Assembly: GCF_963921235.1 (NCBI RefSeq)
Contig: NC_086097.1
Span: 28,460,001-28,524,000, forward strand
Source: Mobula hypostoma
Lineage: Eukaryota
Reading direction: 5' to 3'
Length of the DNA: 64,000 nucleotides
Shown here piece after piece: positions 1 through 13,308 of this stretch (its first letter is position 1; each line of letters opens with the position of its first letter). The notes beneath the pieces were generated by a model. The model worked only from the letters and a program-made list of their open reading frames with translations. It did no database searches and had not been told where the DNA came from. The position numbers and the translations under genes are program-made.

Positions 1-389
1 AACTTATTTAACCTTTCCTGAGAACTCAGGTCCTCTAGTCCAGGTAACACCCTTGTAAATTTTTGCTGCACTTGCAATCTTATTGACATCTTTCCTGTAG
101 GTAGGTGATCGGAACTGCACACAATACCCCAAATTAGCCTCACCAATGTCTTGTACAACTCCAGCATACCATCCCAACTCCTGTGCTTAATACCTTGATC
201 TACGAAGGTCACATGTATATATACATCAAAGCATACAGTGAAATGCGTCATTCGTATCAAACCAAATCAGCGAGAATTGTGCTGCGGGCAGCCCGCATAT
301 GTCAGCATGCTTGCAGCACCAACACAGAATGGCCTACAACTTACTAACCTACACATCTTTTAGCGTGTGGGAGGGAACCTACATGGCTG

Positions 390-700
390 AGAGTGCAGTT
401 AGTACAATCTTTACAATGGCAGCTGTAAGATCGAGGTTCAAGTCCTACTGCTGTTTATAAGGAGTTTGCACGTTCTCCCTATCATCACATGGGTTTCTCC
501 CAGGCACTCCAGTTCCCTCCCACATTCCAAAGGCATATGGGTTAGGGTTATGGTCATGCTGTGTTGGGATCGGAAGCACGACAACACTTGTGGGCTGCCC
601 CCAGCAGAGATTTAGGTGGTGTTGGCTGTTGATGCAAGAGATACATTTCACTGCATGCTTCGATGTACATGTGGCAAATAAAACTAATCTTTATCTTTAA
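390..700 (+). mobile_element. V-SINE/HE1-like SINE; decayed relatives recur through the window (e.g. about 210-380, 7770-8050, 10330-10580, 30220-30460, 30770-31080, 56260-56500)
   Basis: ggttcaagtcc box-B-like head, gggtttctcccaggcactccagttccctcccacattccaaag central domain, AT-rich tail. Confidence 0.7.
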
Positions 701-974
701 CGTACAAACTCCCTGCAAGCAACGTTAGGCTAACCACCATGCTAATGTGCCCACTTACTGCTGAGGTGTCAAGTTGCTTATAAGCAAAATACTCATGGTT
801 GGACAGAAAAGATATTTAAACCACTGTTCTGAGGATCAACTCTGAAAAATAAGGAGATAGATTTTCCAATTAATAATGAAGACAAGAACAGAGTAAACCT
901 GAAGCAATGTGACTTCACCGATGACCTTTCGAGGAACCATGCAATGAATAACTTAATCCCAGGGGGTGCAGATC

Positions 975-1634
975 TCGGACAATCTCACCTGTCCAGGAAC
1001 ACCACTGGGATTGTGAAACGGGCCCAACAGAGATTGCACTTTCTGAGGAAGCTTAAACAAGCATCACTCCCCACTAACATCTTAGCTACATTCTACAGAG
1101 GTGTGGTTGAGAGTGTGCTGACCTTTTGCATCACAGCCTGGCACTCCAGCTGCAGTGCTGTCGACAAAAAAGCCTTGCAGAGGGTGGTTAGGGGAGCAGA
1201 GAAGGTTATTGGGGTCTCCCTACCTTCTGTCCAAGACCTCTTTCAGAGTCGATGCCTCCAGAAGACACGGTACATCGTTAAAGACCCCTCACATCCTCTC
1301 CATGAACTGTTTGTTCTTCTGCCATCAGGAAAACGTTACAGGAGCTTCAAAACTAAAACCACAAGGCTACTAAACAGCTTCCTCCCACAGGCAGTCAGAC
1401 TGCTAAATAGCTGCTCTAACTGATTCTGCTTTTAGACACTTTCAACTCATACTGGACACTTATAACTCGATTTTAACTGACATGTGGCTGTTGTGTTTTA
1501 CTATCTATTTATTGTTATACTTAGAGTTGTGTTTGTTATCTTATTGCTCCTGGGAAACGCTGTCTCATTCTGCCCTGCAGAGCTGATGTACGGTTAGAAT
1601 GACAATAAAGTTTTCTGAATCTTGAATCTTGAAT
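975..1634 (+). mobile_element. 5'-truncated Rex1/Babar-type LINE
   Basis: Open C-terminal ORF KRAQQRLHFLRKL...FYRGVVESVLTFCITAW...DPSHPLHELFVLLPSGKRYRS; AATAAA then (CTTGAAT)n tail. Confidence 0.85.
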
Positions 1635-3146
1635 GATTTCAAATTTTATTGCAAAGAATTAAATGTTAGCTGAAAAAGTAACATCTTCAAATTAAACTCC
1701 AATTTGATCTTGGAGTCCAGTCATTATTAACAAAATTAATTACATCATAGCCCATCTTCCTGACCTTATCTACAAAAGGAAATGTACAACAAAAAGGCAA
1801 TTTCTTTTTCCTCAAAGGGCATCAAACGCATGAGATACAAGGAGACTCATTCAATTTCTGCAACCCTCCTCCACCCCACCCAATCAGCAGTGATACCTCT
1901 GAAACTGAACTATGTTGGAAATTATCAATAGTAGAATTTATTTTCTCTGTTGCTCTTCCAGCATGCCCATGGGGACCCCAAATTTGGATCTCATGTAAAG
2001 TGACAAAAAAATAATTGTGGAAATTACACAATTAAATCAGAACAGTGTCAGATTCAACCGAGGCCTGGAATAGTACAGCCAGACCGCTGATCTTAGAACC
2101 AATGGATTAACCTGCTTGCTTCCATTTGTCTGCATACAGGGCTTGTGCATCATAACATCTTGCCCGGTTTCAGAATATACAATACAGTTGAAATTCCACA
2201 TTGGTGCAACTTCTCTCTCCCATTTACAGTTATTTACAGTGCGCACAAGCCCAGGTACACAGGAGGCAACAAAGATTAACATCGGGACATGTGAAGTCTT
2301 CCCACAATGAGAGAGTTAGCACTTGTCCCTTCCATTCTGTGAAATATGTCAGCGTGTTTGCTAGAGTTTCCACACCCACTGATCACCCCTGCTCCATCCC
2401 ATGTCTTTATTGCCTCACCAGCTACACTCCTGACGCTGACCATGACCCCTTCCGCGACACGGCACTTAACCCTTGCAGACACGGATGGAGTGCAATCCTA
2501 CCTTTGCAGGAATATTTGGCAAGGAGGAAGGGAAATCGACAACATTTCCAGTGGAGGAGATAGTTTCAGGGTATTAAAAAGCCACACTGTGATGTGGAAA
2601 GGACTGGCCAAAAGCGTGGAGGGAACTCTCAGAGAGTAACAGATTCATGAACGTTTTGCAGGGACACAGAGGGAGCAAAGTAAAATTTAACGAAAATATT
2701 AAGGTTTTTTTTAAAGAAGAGCTGGACAATTGTGGAGTGCGAGTCCATTATCCAATGCTGATGGCCGAAGCCAAACTTTTTGAATGCTGGATGCATGAGT
2801 GAGTTATAAAATGTGATATCCCTCACTGTTTAACCTGGTTATTAGGTCTGTGAAGATAAATCAAAGAGGTGCAGCAAGGGAGCCATTCCCGATAGTCCAG
2901 TGCAATTATTTCAAGACATACTCCTCAAACAACTGTCTCTCCTGAGTTCCAAGAAAAAATTGAGTTGGATCTTTAAGAAATAAAACAAAAACCCAAATCG
3001 TTTTGAGCTTAAACCCAGAGGCAGCTTATTTTCTTGCTGAGGATAGTGTTTTAAATACATTTTTTCACTGTTTCGTACTCCAAAAAGGGGGAGGAGCTTC
3101 CTGCTGCTTTGAGCTTGGTTGAGTGATGCCAGCAGCAAAGTCTCCT
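1635..3146 (-). other. Probable 3' UTR of CCDC88C
   Basis: Repeat-free DNA after the stop; minus-strand AATAAA at 2406-2411, 1937-1942 and 1645-1650; the true end is unknown. Confidence 0.6.
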
Positions 3147-3944
3147 CTATACACACCCGTACTCGTACCACACCGTCTGTTGCTCACTGCTGGGGTCAGG
3201 GGAGACTGGTGTGCTCCTTGGTTCCTCTGCTCCGCGGGGAGGGTTGCTGCCAGTGGGGGACCCGCTTTGGGTCTCGTTCGACAGATCCTCGGTGCGGAGG
3301 GGGCCAGCTCTGGCTGGGGGTGCTGGATTTAGCTCACCGGGGTTGTGGCGCTGCCGCGGGCTGGGCAAGCCGCCAGGGGCCTGCGGGAGGCTGAGAAACA
3401 AGTCATCCTTGGGCGGGGCCAAGGAGAGCCGCCGGGGATCGAGGGTTCGGCAGCGGGCGTCAAGGGCCGGTGTGGAGCCTGCAGAGCTGGAGGGCGCCGG
3501 TCTCCGCTCTGGCTGGGAACCGCTGCTCCTGCAGTCTCCCGTCGACTTCCAGGTGCCTGCCGTCGCCGCCCCCCACGCCAGCTCCTGACCACGGAGGTCG
3601 GCCGAGGCCAAGCTGACTGCCCGGTTGAGTGACACCACCCGGGAACCTGCAGTCGCCGGGCGCTGAGGCTGTACCGGTTTCTCCAACAGTGGCGGTGCAC
3701 CCGGAGCCCCTCCCTGCCGGGCAGAAGGGGAGGCGGCCGTAGCGTCGTGGCCAGCCGGCCGAGGGCTGGGTCTGCTGAACTGTCCTGTCTTGGGGAGCCT
3801 CCCGTCGGGTGATTCGAATGGGGTCTTCACTGCGAGGCTGGCGGGCACCCTCGTTGCCTCCTTCCTATTCAGCTGCTCACTCATGATTGATGGCTCCCTC
3901 TTCTTGTTGAAGTAATCACTCAGCAGGTCATCTCGGAAGCTCGC
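3147..3944 (-). CDS. CCDC88C: Daple last coding exon with C-terminal PDZ-binding motif
   Basis: atgcag acceptor (phase 0); RDDLLSDYF, SLASADL, RRLSLAPPK and terminal QTVWYEYGCV-TAG diagnostic of Daple. Confidence 0.97.
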   Translation of the reverse strand, partial: ASFRDDLLSDYFNKKREPSIMSEQLNRKEATRVPASLAVKTPFESPDGRLPKTGQFSRPSPRPAGHDATAASPSARQGGAPGAPPLLEKPVQPQRPATAGSRVVSLNRAVSLASADLRGQELAWGAATAGTWKSTGDCRSSGSQPERRPAPSSSAGSTPALDARCRTLDPRRLSLAPPKDDLFLSLPQAPGGLPSPRQRHNPGELNPAPPARAGPLRTEDLSNETQSGSPTGSNPPRGAEEPRSTPVSPDPSSEQQTVWYEYGCV

Positions 3945-4225
3945 CTGCATTTGTAACAAAGGACGAGTTAAAATATGTCGCCATGGTGCATAAAATTGGT
4001 TTATTGTTGTCAAATGAAAAACGCTGGAAAGGCTCAGCAACTCAGGCAGCATCTATAGAAGCCAGAGGAGTACAGCACAGGAACGGACCAGGCAGTCCAG
4101 AGTGTTGTACCACACCAGCTTAAAAGCAAAGCAAAAACACCCAAACAGTGGCTGCTTATTCCTCCCCACAGATATAAGGAGGTAGAGGGATATGGATATG
4201 GTGCAGGTAGAGGGGGATTACCGTT

Positions 4226-4615
4226 TCCTTATATCTATGGGGAGGAATAAACAGCCAACGTTAGGGTCCTTGGGTCTTGGACAGTAATATCACCAATTTC
4301 TTCCCCTTGGCTCGAAACATCGACTTTTCAATCATGGTCCACTCTCCTACCCAAACAGATTCCTTCTTCTCCAGCCCTTTACCTTTCCCACCCACCTGGC
4401 TTCACTTATCACCTTCTAGCTATTCTCCTTCCTCTCTCCCACCCCCCAGCTTTTTATTCTGGCGTCTTCTCCCTTCCTTTTCAGTCCCGAAGAAGGGTCT
4501 CGGCCCGAAACGGCAACTGTTGATTTATTTCCATAGATGCTGCCTGACCTGCTGAGTACCTCCAGCACTTTGTGTGTGTTACTCTCGACTTCCAGCACCT
4601 GCAGAAGCTCTGTGT
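4226..4615 (+). mobile_element. Decayed Penelope-like pseudo-LTR
   Basis: cagtcccgaagaagggtctcggcccgaaac (mutated hammerhead core) and gatgctgcctgacctgctgag tail, homologous to 34140-34246. Confidence 0.75.
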
Positions 4616-4744
4616 TTATTATTGTCACCTGAACTAAGGTAGAGTGAAAACTTGTCTTGCAGACTGTTCATACAGATCAGATCATCACACAGGGCACTGA
4701 GACAGAGCTGGGGAAAAGCATAAGAAAAGGCGGAATGAAGTGTT

Positions 4745-4990
4745 CGTGGTGTTTGAAAGTTTGTGAATACTGCAGCATTTTCTCTATTTCTGCATAAACA
4801 CGACCTAAAATCTGATCAGATCTTCATGTAAGTCCTAAAACTAGATAAAGAGAACCTAATTAAATAAATAGCACAAAAACCATTACACTTGTTCCTTTAT
4901 TTATTGAGAAAATGATCCAATATTACAAGTATTTGCTGGAAAAAGTATGTGAGCCTCTAGGATTATCAATTCATTTAAAGGGGAAATTAA
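4745..4990. mobile_element. Probable Tc1-type terminal repeat fragment
   Basis: gtggtgtttgaaagtttgtgaa start and inner gaaaaagtatgtgagcc direct-repeat-like motif; no transposase seen. Confidence 0.45.
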
Positions 4991-5434
4991 CAAGTATAAT
5001 TTTGAAATGGTGTAGTTTCTTCCTCCACAGCTGCTGTCCACCCTATGCCCAGCTCCAGGCACAGGCAGCGCCAGGCGAATGCAATAACTGTAGACACATA
5101 TTCAATAAAGAAGGTTTTGTTGGAATCAAGGGAAAGTTGTCTTTCATAGACCTACACCAAGAATAGCATTCATTTATGTTGTTGTTACTTGGGATAACTA
5201 CCACCCAACAAACCACAGGATCTGGACGCAAAACTTCATCTGAGCGAATAACGCAACCAGAAGTTTTGCATTCTTACTGGAATAATGCGGGGGAAGTGAA
5301 AGAGTGGGGCAGGGTCAGCGGATCACGGCAGCAGCCGGCCAAAACCACAAGGGTGGTCCTAACTGTCGGAGGGGCAGTGCCGGTGATGCGTCGCACTGTC
5401 AGAGGGGCAGCGCCAAAGGGCGTTGCACTGTCTG

Positions 5435-5695
5435 GGAGAGGGGGTGGAGGGTGAAGGGTAAAAGGTTGGGGGAGAGAGGGGGTGGGGGAGAGAGGGTGGG
5501 GAGAGAGGAGGGGAGAGAGGGTGGGAAGAGAGGGTGGGGAGAGAGGGGGAGAGAGGGGGAGAGAGGAGGGGAGAGAGGAGGGGAGAGGAGGGGGAGAGAG
5601 AGGGTGAGGAGAGAGGAGGGGAGAGAGGAGGGGGAGAGAGAGGGGGGGAGAGAGGGTGAGGAGAGGAGGGGGAGAGAGGAGGATGAAGGTGGGGG
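5435..5695 (+). repeat. Polypurine G/A low-complexity tract
   Basis: Reiterated ggggagagagga-like units. Confidence 0.9.
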
Positions 5696-6404
5696 CAACA
5701 CACACAGTTGCTGGAGATTTTTGAAATGTTGATTTACAATAACCATTAGGTGTAAGTCTGAATGAGAAATACCCTTCGGCTGTTACACACCTGAAACTTC
5801 AATGCAGTGCACCCAGCTGTTACCATTGAAACCGTTCCTAATTCTGGTATTGTGCTTCAAAACTATAAAGCTATAAGAGTGAAATTCTGTGACGTTGCTG
5901 AAGCACACACACTCGGTGAAAAAGAGGAGAAGTTGAAGTTCTGTGGATTGAACCCTGGGGACGGGGGTGGGGGAGGGGGTGTAGTTTGAAACTTAATGTT
6001 AGATCAAAATAGAAGCTGTTCATTCCATGGTCTGAAGGCGATTTAGCTTCAAATGTAAAGATATGTAAAGATACAGCTATCAGTGAAAAGGGGCGTGTGT
6101 GGTCAGTGACTGGAAGTCGGTTGACCTCTGAATGATCATGTGAGTACACAGGGTTCAGCGGGCTGGAGAAAGTATGAGTTCTCCAGTGTCAGCTGCTGTG
6201 TGGAGTTTATTGTAACCTCTTCACCGCAAGTGAAAATACTTAGAACAGAATGAGGAACAGGTTTACTTGACACTTCGTAAAATCCCCAGCTAGTCAGGAG
6301 CTCTGCATAACTGGAAATTTCTGACTCAGCATTAGATTTATCACTCTTCTATGATGTGAATTTCTTTGCAGCAGTAGTACAGTGAAAAGACCTAAGATTA
6401 CTGA

Positions 6405-7287
6405 TCAACGCACACAAGATATTGGAGGAACTCAGCAGGTCAGACCGCATCTATTGAAAAGAGTACAGTCGATGTTTTGGGCCAAGGCTCTTCATCAGGA
6501 CTGGAGGACAAGAAAGATGAGGAGTCAGAGCTAGAAAGTGGGGTGAGGGGAGAAAGATACAAGGTGATAAGGTGATAGGTAAAACCATGGTTGGGGGGGG
6601 AAGAGAGGTGAACTGACAAGCTGGAAAGCTGATTGGTGACAGGGCTGAAGGGGGAGTCTGATAGGAGAGGACAGAAAGCCATGGTAGAAAGAAAAGGGGG
6701 ACGAGCACCACAGGGAGGTGATGGGCAGGTAAGGAGATAAGGTGAGAGGTGGGAATGGGGAATGGTGAAGTGGGGGGGGGGGGGAGGTTTACCAGAAGTT
6801 TGAGAAATCAATGTTCATGCCATCAGGTTGGAGGCTACCCAGATGGAATAAAGGTGTTACTCCTCCAACCATAGTGTGGCCTCATCGTGACAGCAGAGGA
6901 GCCTATGGACTGACATGTCTATGGCCTCCACCAGCACCTGTTTCCAGCGCATAGTCCTTCGTAATGTCCGCCATCTCCAACGGGATCCCACCACCAAGCA
7001 CAGCTTTCTCTCCTCCCCCCCCACCCCACTTCCTGCTTTCCACAGGGATCGCTCCCTACACGACTCCTTTGACCATTCGGGACGATCTCCCTCCTGGCAC
7101 ATCCTTGCAAGTGGAACGAGTGCCACACCTGCCCCTACACCTCCTCCCTCACTACCATCCAGGGCCCCAAACAGTCCTTCCAGGTGAGGCGACACTTCAC
7201 CTGCAAGTCTGTTGTGTCCGGTGCTCTCGGTGCGGCCTGGGGTATATCGGTGAGACCCGACGTAGATTGGGAGACCGCTTCACCGAG
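6405..7287. mobile_element. Rearranged Penelope-like relic (minus-strand pseudo-LTR plus an inverted GIY-YIG piece)
   Basis: 6405-6920 matches 32000-32560; 6940-7287 on + encodes CVRCSRCGLGYIGETRRRLGDRF. Confidence 0.8.
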
Positions 7288-9640
7288 AAAAGATTGAGGG
7301 AAGGTTATGTCACTGCAGAGGCAGTGCTGATGGAGAGCCACTCAGTTGAAAGAACTGTACGGTGGGTGTGAAACAGAGGTGTTGCATAGTACGCTGCAGC
7401 ACAGTACAGGCCCTTTGACTCACAACGCTGTGCGGACTTTTTAACCTGCTCCAAGATCAACCTAACCCTTCGTCCTGCACAGCCCGCCACTTTTCTATCA
7501 TCCATGAGCCCATCTCTTAAATGTTCCGTCTCTGTCTCTACCACCTGGCTTGGCGTTTGACACACCCACCTCTCTCTGTGTAAAAAAAAACTACCTCTGA
7601 CATCACCCACTATACTTTCCTCGAATCACCTTAAAACTATACCCTCCCCCCCGCCATCTTAGCCATTTCTGCCCTAGGAAAGAGGCACGGCCTGTCCACT
7701 TTATGTCCCTGTGTCCGTTTCTAACGTATCTGCCTCTCCCACTACCCTTAGGGCTTTAGAGAGGTTAGAGATTAACATTATTTGTCACAGGCACATCGTA
7801 ACATACAGTGAAATGTATCATTTGCATCGATGACCAACACAGTCCGAGGATGTGCTGTGTGTAGCCCACAAGTGTCACCATGCTTCTGGTGCCAACAAAG
7901 GATGCCCACAACCTACTAACACTAACCTCCTACGTCTTTGGAATGTGGGAGGAAACTAGAGCACCAAGAGGAAACCAACACAATCACAGAAAGAATATAT
8001 ATACTCCTTAAAAAATGGTGGCAAGAATTAAACCTGGCTGCTGGTGTTGTAACGTGCCATGTGACTCTGCTGCCCTTACCGCTCTCCGTGTTAAAAAAAA
8101 AACCACCTCTGACATCCCTCCTATACTCTCCTCAAATCACCTTTAAATTATGTCCCCCCACATTCACTTCCACCTTGAGAAAAAGTTTCTGGCTGTCCAC
8201 TCGATCTATGCCTCTTATCTTCAAGTCACATCCTCCTTCGCTCCAAAGAGAAAAGCCCTTGCTCACTCAACCTCTCCTCATAATCATGCTCCTTTAGTCC
8301 AGGCATCGTCCTGCTGAATCTTCACTGCACCCTTTCCAAATGTTTCCTATGAGGCAATCGGAACTGAACAGAATATTCCAAGTGTGGTCTTGCCCGAGTC
8401 CTTTTCAGTTGCAACATTACTTCACAGCTCAGTTTCTCCGACTAACGAAAGACAACACACCATACGCTTCTTAACAATCTATCACCTTATGCAGCAACTT
8501 TGAGGGACCTATAGACACAGCCCTAAATATCCCTTTGTTAAACCACAAGACATAGGGCAAGAATTAGGCAATTTAGCCCACTGAATCTGCCCCCACCATT
8601 CCATTATGGCTGATTTATTATTATCCCTCTCAACCCCATTCTCTACTTTCTTCCCATAACCTTTGGCACCCTTACTAATCAACAACTTATCATCCACCGC
8701 TTTAGATATAATGACTTGGCCTCCACTAACCGTCTGCAGCAACGAATTCCACAGATTCACCACCCTCTGGCTAAGAAAATTCATCCTCATCTCTGTTCTA
8801 AAGGGACATCCCTTTTTCCCTCCGTGCTGCTAAGAATCCTGCCATTAACTCTGTATTCTGCCTTCAAATTCAACTTTCCAGACTGAAACACTTCACACTT
8901 TCCCAGATCGAACTCTACCTGGCCCTTCTCAGCCCAGCTCTGCATCCTGTCCATGTCCTGTTGTAACCTATGGCAACATTCTACACAATCCTCAACACCA
9001 CCAACCCTTGTGGGGTGGGGGGGAGAGAGTAACGGGGGGGGGGAAAGAGTCCAATGGGGGGGGAAGAGTCCGCGACGGGGGGGATGAGGAAGAGTCCGCG
9101 TCGGGGGGGGGGGGAATGAGGAAGAGAGTGCGACGGGGGCGGGGGGGACCAGAGAGACCGATTGGGGGGGGGGGAGGGTCTGACCAGGGAGACAGAGAGC
9201 AACATGGTGTCATGACAACAGCCTTTCCCTGAGTGTCTACAAAACAGAAAAGCTGTGTATTGATTTCAGGTGGCGGGGGGCTGCGCACCTGCTCCTATGT
9301 GCAACACTCTTGTTGAGTTGGAGAGGATTGAGAGCTGCAAGTTCCTATGTGTGAACACCACCAATATCCTAATCCTGGCCTAACCACATAGATGCCTCTG
9401 CCAAGGAAGCTCACCAACACCATTCCTCAGGAAGTTAAAGAAATTTGGAATGTCCACTTTGACACCTGCAACTCTTTTTTTTTATTGATGCACCATATAG
9501 AGTGTCCAGTCTGGATGCATAACTGCTTGGCATGGGAGCTGCTTTGTCTGTGATCACAAGAAACCGTAGACAGTTGTGGACAAAGCTCAGCACGTCACTG
9601 AAACCAGCCTCCCCTCCTCTATAATGTATCTCATTATAGA

Positions 9641-9921
9641 CATCCGTTAGTCTCGTGAGACCATGGATTTGCGCCTTGGAAGTTTCCAGGCCGCAGGCTT
9701 GGGCAAGGTTGTATGGAAGACTGGCAAGTCTCCCCTCCCACCGATGTTGTCCAAGGGAAGGGCACTAGGGCCGATACAGCTTGGCACCAGTGTCGTCACA
9801 GAGCAATGTGTGGTTAAGTGCCTTGCTCAAGGACACAACATGCTACCTCAGCTAAGGCTCGAACTAATGACCCTCAGATCACTAGACCGACGCCTTAACC
9901 ACTTGGCCACGTGTCAACACT
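9641..9921 (-). mobile_element. tRNA-headed SINE (second copy at 63657-63962)
   Basis: Minus strand starts gtgttgacacgtggccaagtggttaagg...gttcgagcc; clear similarity to the copy near the window end. Confidence 0.75.
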
Positions 9922-12647
9922 TATTAGGTGACAATAATAAACAATTCAAGTTCCAATTTTCACTTTCTGTGTATAAAAAACCTTGCTCCACACATCTTGT
10001 TTGAACTCAGCTGCTCACCTCAAAGGCATGCTGTCTGGTATTAGACAATTCAAATCAGGGTAAAAGATATCAGCTAACTACCCTCTCCTAATCATATTAA
10101 TCTTTATTAGATCTCCCTGCGGCTTCAGCTGCTCTAGTGGAGGTTTGCAAGACATCAACGAAAAATGATAATGAAATAAGTTGCTATCAAGTTGTGGGAA
10201 GTTTTACAGCTGAGTGCTGTGGTGCTCAGAGGTCACAGAAGTTCAGAGACGAGGGTTAAAGCTACGCAAGTCTATTTTTCCCTGAATTTTTGGAATTGAG
10301 CCTGAGCCCTTAGATTACAGATTGAGATTTAGATTTTTATTTTGTTACGTTGAAACATACAGTGAAATGTATCATTTGCGTCAACAACCAACAGTCTGAG
10401 GATGTGCTGGGGTCAACCCCAAGTGTTGCCAAATTTCTGGCCCCGACATAGCATGACTATTTATTCACCCCAACCCATACGTCTTTGGAATATGGGAGGA
10501 AGCTGGAGTACCTGGAGGAGACCAAAGTAGTCATGAGGCAAGAACAGACAAACTCCTTACAGACAGTGGCAGTGGCGGGAAGCAAATTACTTTTGGCAGG
10601 CTGAAATCAACTCGAGAAGTTGCTCATTGGTGATGCAGCACAAAGTTTAAAAAGAGTACCGGAGCTTTCAGCTTTCTTTTGGTGGGATGAAATCAGCACA
10701 AGGCCAATAGAAAGAAAGGAGGTGGAAGCAGAGTGGCCATTTTTGGAGTGGGCCAGTGTTAGAGTGTTGGATGACTGTTAGAGGAGGGAAAGGGAATAGG
10801 CAGCCAATGCAGAGTACCCCTGTGGCCATTCCCATCAGTAATAAGTATACCGCTTTGGATACTATTGGGAGGTGTGGGGAGGGGGGAATGACCTACTGGG
10901 GAGAGCCACAGCAACCAGGTCTCTGGGAATGTCTGGCTCTGTGGCTTAGGAGGGAAGTGAGGAATAGTGGAGTGCAGTAGTAATAGGGGATTCCATGATT
11001 GGAGGAGCAGAAAGAGATTCTGTGGATGTGATAGAGACACCCAGATGATATGTTACCTCTCAGATGCTAGGGTCAGGGATATCTCAGGTCAAGCACACGG
11101 CATTCTAAAGGGGGAAGGTGAACAGCTGTAAGTCATGGTACATATTGGTACCAACATTATAGGTAGGAAAAGGGAGGAAGTCTTTAAGAGAGAACATAGG
11201 AAGTTAAGCAGAGAGTTGAACAGCAGGACCAGCAGGGAGGCAATCTCTGGATTGCTGTCTGCATTAAGTGTCAGTGAGAGTAAGAATAGAATGATTTGGA
11301 AGGTGAATGTGTGGCTGAGGAATTGGTGCATGGGGCAGGGGTTCAGGTTTCTGGATCACTGGGATCTCTTCTGGGGAAGTTATGACCTGTACAAAAGGGA
11401 TAGGTTACATCTGAATCTGAGGGGAACCAATATCCTTGCGGGCAGGTTTGGTAGAGCTGTTGGAGAGGGTTTAAAGTAATTTGGCAGGGGGAGGGGAACC
11501 ACAGTGAGAGGGCTAAGAATGGGTCAGTTAGTATACAACGATATACAGTGTGTTGTGAGGATGTGAGGAAGGACAGGTAGATGTTACGGCTAAATTGCAC
11601 TCAGTGGAACTAGTTGAAGTATAACAGGGGGCCAAAATTGAAAAGGGTGATGAATTCAGGACTGAAGGTGTTATATTTGAATGCACACAGTATTTGGAAT
11701 AAGGTGGATGATCTTGTGGCGCAATTAGAGATTGGCAGGTATGAGATTCTGGGCATTTCTGAGCCATGGCTGAAAGATCAATAGTGGGGAGTTTAACATC
11801 GAAGGATGTGCACTGTATCGAAAGGACAGGCAGGGAGGCAGAGGGGGTGGGTGGCTCTGTTGGTAAAATATGAAATTAAATCCTTGGAAAGAGGTGACAT
11901 AGGATCAGAAGATGTAGAATCCTTGTGGATAGAGTTAAGAAACTGCAAGGGTAAAACGACCCTGATGTGAGTTATATACAGGCCTCTGAAGAGTAGCCAG
12001 GATGTGGGCTACAAGTTACAATGGGAGATAGAAAAGGCATGTAAAAAGGGCAATCTTGCAATAATCAATATGCAGGTAGATTGGGAAAATCCAGTTGACA
12101 CTGGATCCAAAGTGAGAGAGTTTGCAGAATGCCCACAAGATGGCTTTTTAGAACATCTTGTGGCTGAGCCCACAAGGGGTATGACAATTCTGGATTGGGT
12201 GTTCTGTAATGATCCAGATTTGACTAGGAAGCTTAAGGTAAAGGAACCCTTAGGAGACAGTGATCATAAGACAAAAAAATTCATACTGCAGTTTGAAAAG
12301 GAGAAGATAAAATTGAATGGGGAGTAAAGGGAATTATCAGAGGCCTGAGAGAGCAGGTGGCCAAAAGTGACTGGAAGGGGACACTGAGGAATGAAGACAG
12401 AACAGCAATAGCTGGTGTTTTGGTGGGGGGGAAAGGTTCAGTACGGATACATCCCAAAAATGAAGAAATATTCCAAAGGGAGGATGAGACAACTGTAGCC
12501 AACAAGGGAAGTCGAAGATAGCATAAACACAAAAGAGAAGGCATATCATATAGCAAAAATTAGAGGGAAAGTAGATGATTGAGAAGCTTTTAATAACCAA
12601 TAGAAGGCAACTAAAAAATCCACAAGGGCAAAAATTAAATATGAAGG

Positions 12648-13308
12648 TGTAATGACCTGGTTCATATTTTTACTGTTACGCTGTATGTATTTTATTTTGG
12701 CAGTTCTGTAAGAGCAGTCGGTTCTGTTTTCAGCTTGTTTGGGTTACTGTTGAAGACAAGGGATGAGGAGAAATGTGTACCATCCAATTAGGATGGTCGG
12801 ATTAAGGGGAGGTTTCTCTGGTGAGGGACACTAAGGTTGGGTTTGGAGCTTTTGTTCAAGAGGTTGATGAAGAGAGTGACACTGGGGAGAACCAATTGTA
12901 GCATATGTTCCAGATGCAGATCTGTTTGTTCGAGGTGGATTGTGAGTAACGTTCGGAAGGTGGTGTGTGCTTTCACATTAACTGAGGGCCCAACGTGTGA
13001 GTGACAGAGAAGTTCAAGATGAGCTCTAACTTGTGAACATCTGACTGTGTAATTAGAACGGGCCGTTTTCTTTTTGTTATTCTTTACTAACCCTTTAGTT
13101 AAGATTCATAAATATCATTCCTTTATTCATATGAAATGTTCTGTCTGTTATTTTGTGGCATTAATTTGTAACAGGGTAGCGAATTACACAGCATCCACAC
13201 AAACAGGGGTTTGGGGTGGGATCAAGTGCACCTCAATCTCGTAAGTTTGGCAGGGCTGGAGGTTGTTTTTCCCTAGACTTACGCAGCCGAGGAAACCAGG
13301 GTGTTTCA
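12648..13308. mobile_element. Solo LTR (661 bp) inside CR1
   Basis: TG...CA ends; 4-bp TSD AAGG (12644-47, 13309-12); removal restores atgaaggtaagctagcc, seen intact in the CR1 copy near 24500. Confidence 0.85.

Noticed and set aside
3119..3632. Plus-strand ORFs over the last exon
   Set aside because: Shadow ORFs of GC-rich coding sequence on the opposite strand
3945..4052. N-terminal part of the 301-aa ORF as a stand-alone gene
   Set aside because: Intronic, partly pseudo-LTR-derived; homology starts at the 3944 acceptor
5176..5746. Pro/Ser/Leu-rich and Gly/Glu/Arg-rich ORFs (also 8981-9288)
   Set aside because: Translations of low-complexity G/A tracts
11135..11479. Host SGNH hydrolase gene
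   Set aside because: It is the esterase-like ORF1 remnant of a CR1, followed by ORF2 remnants
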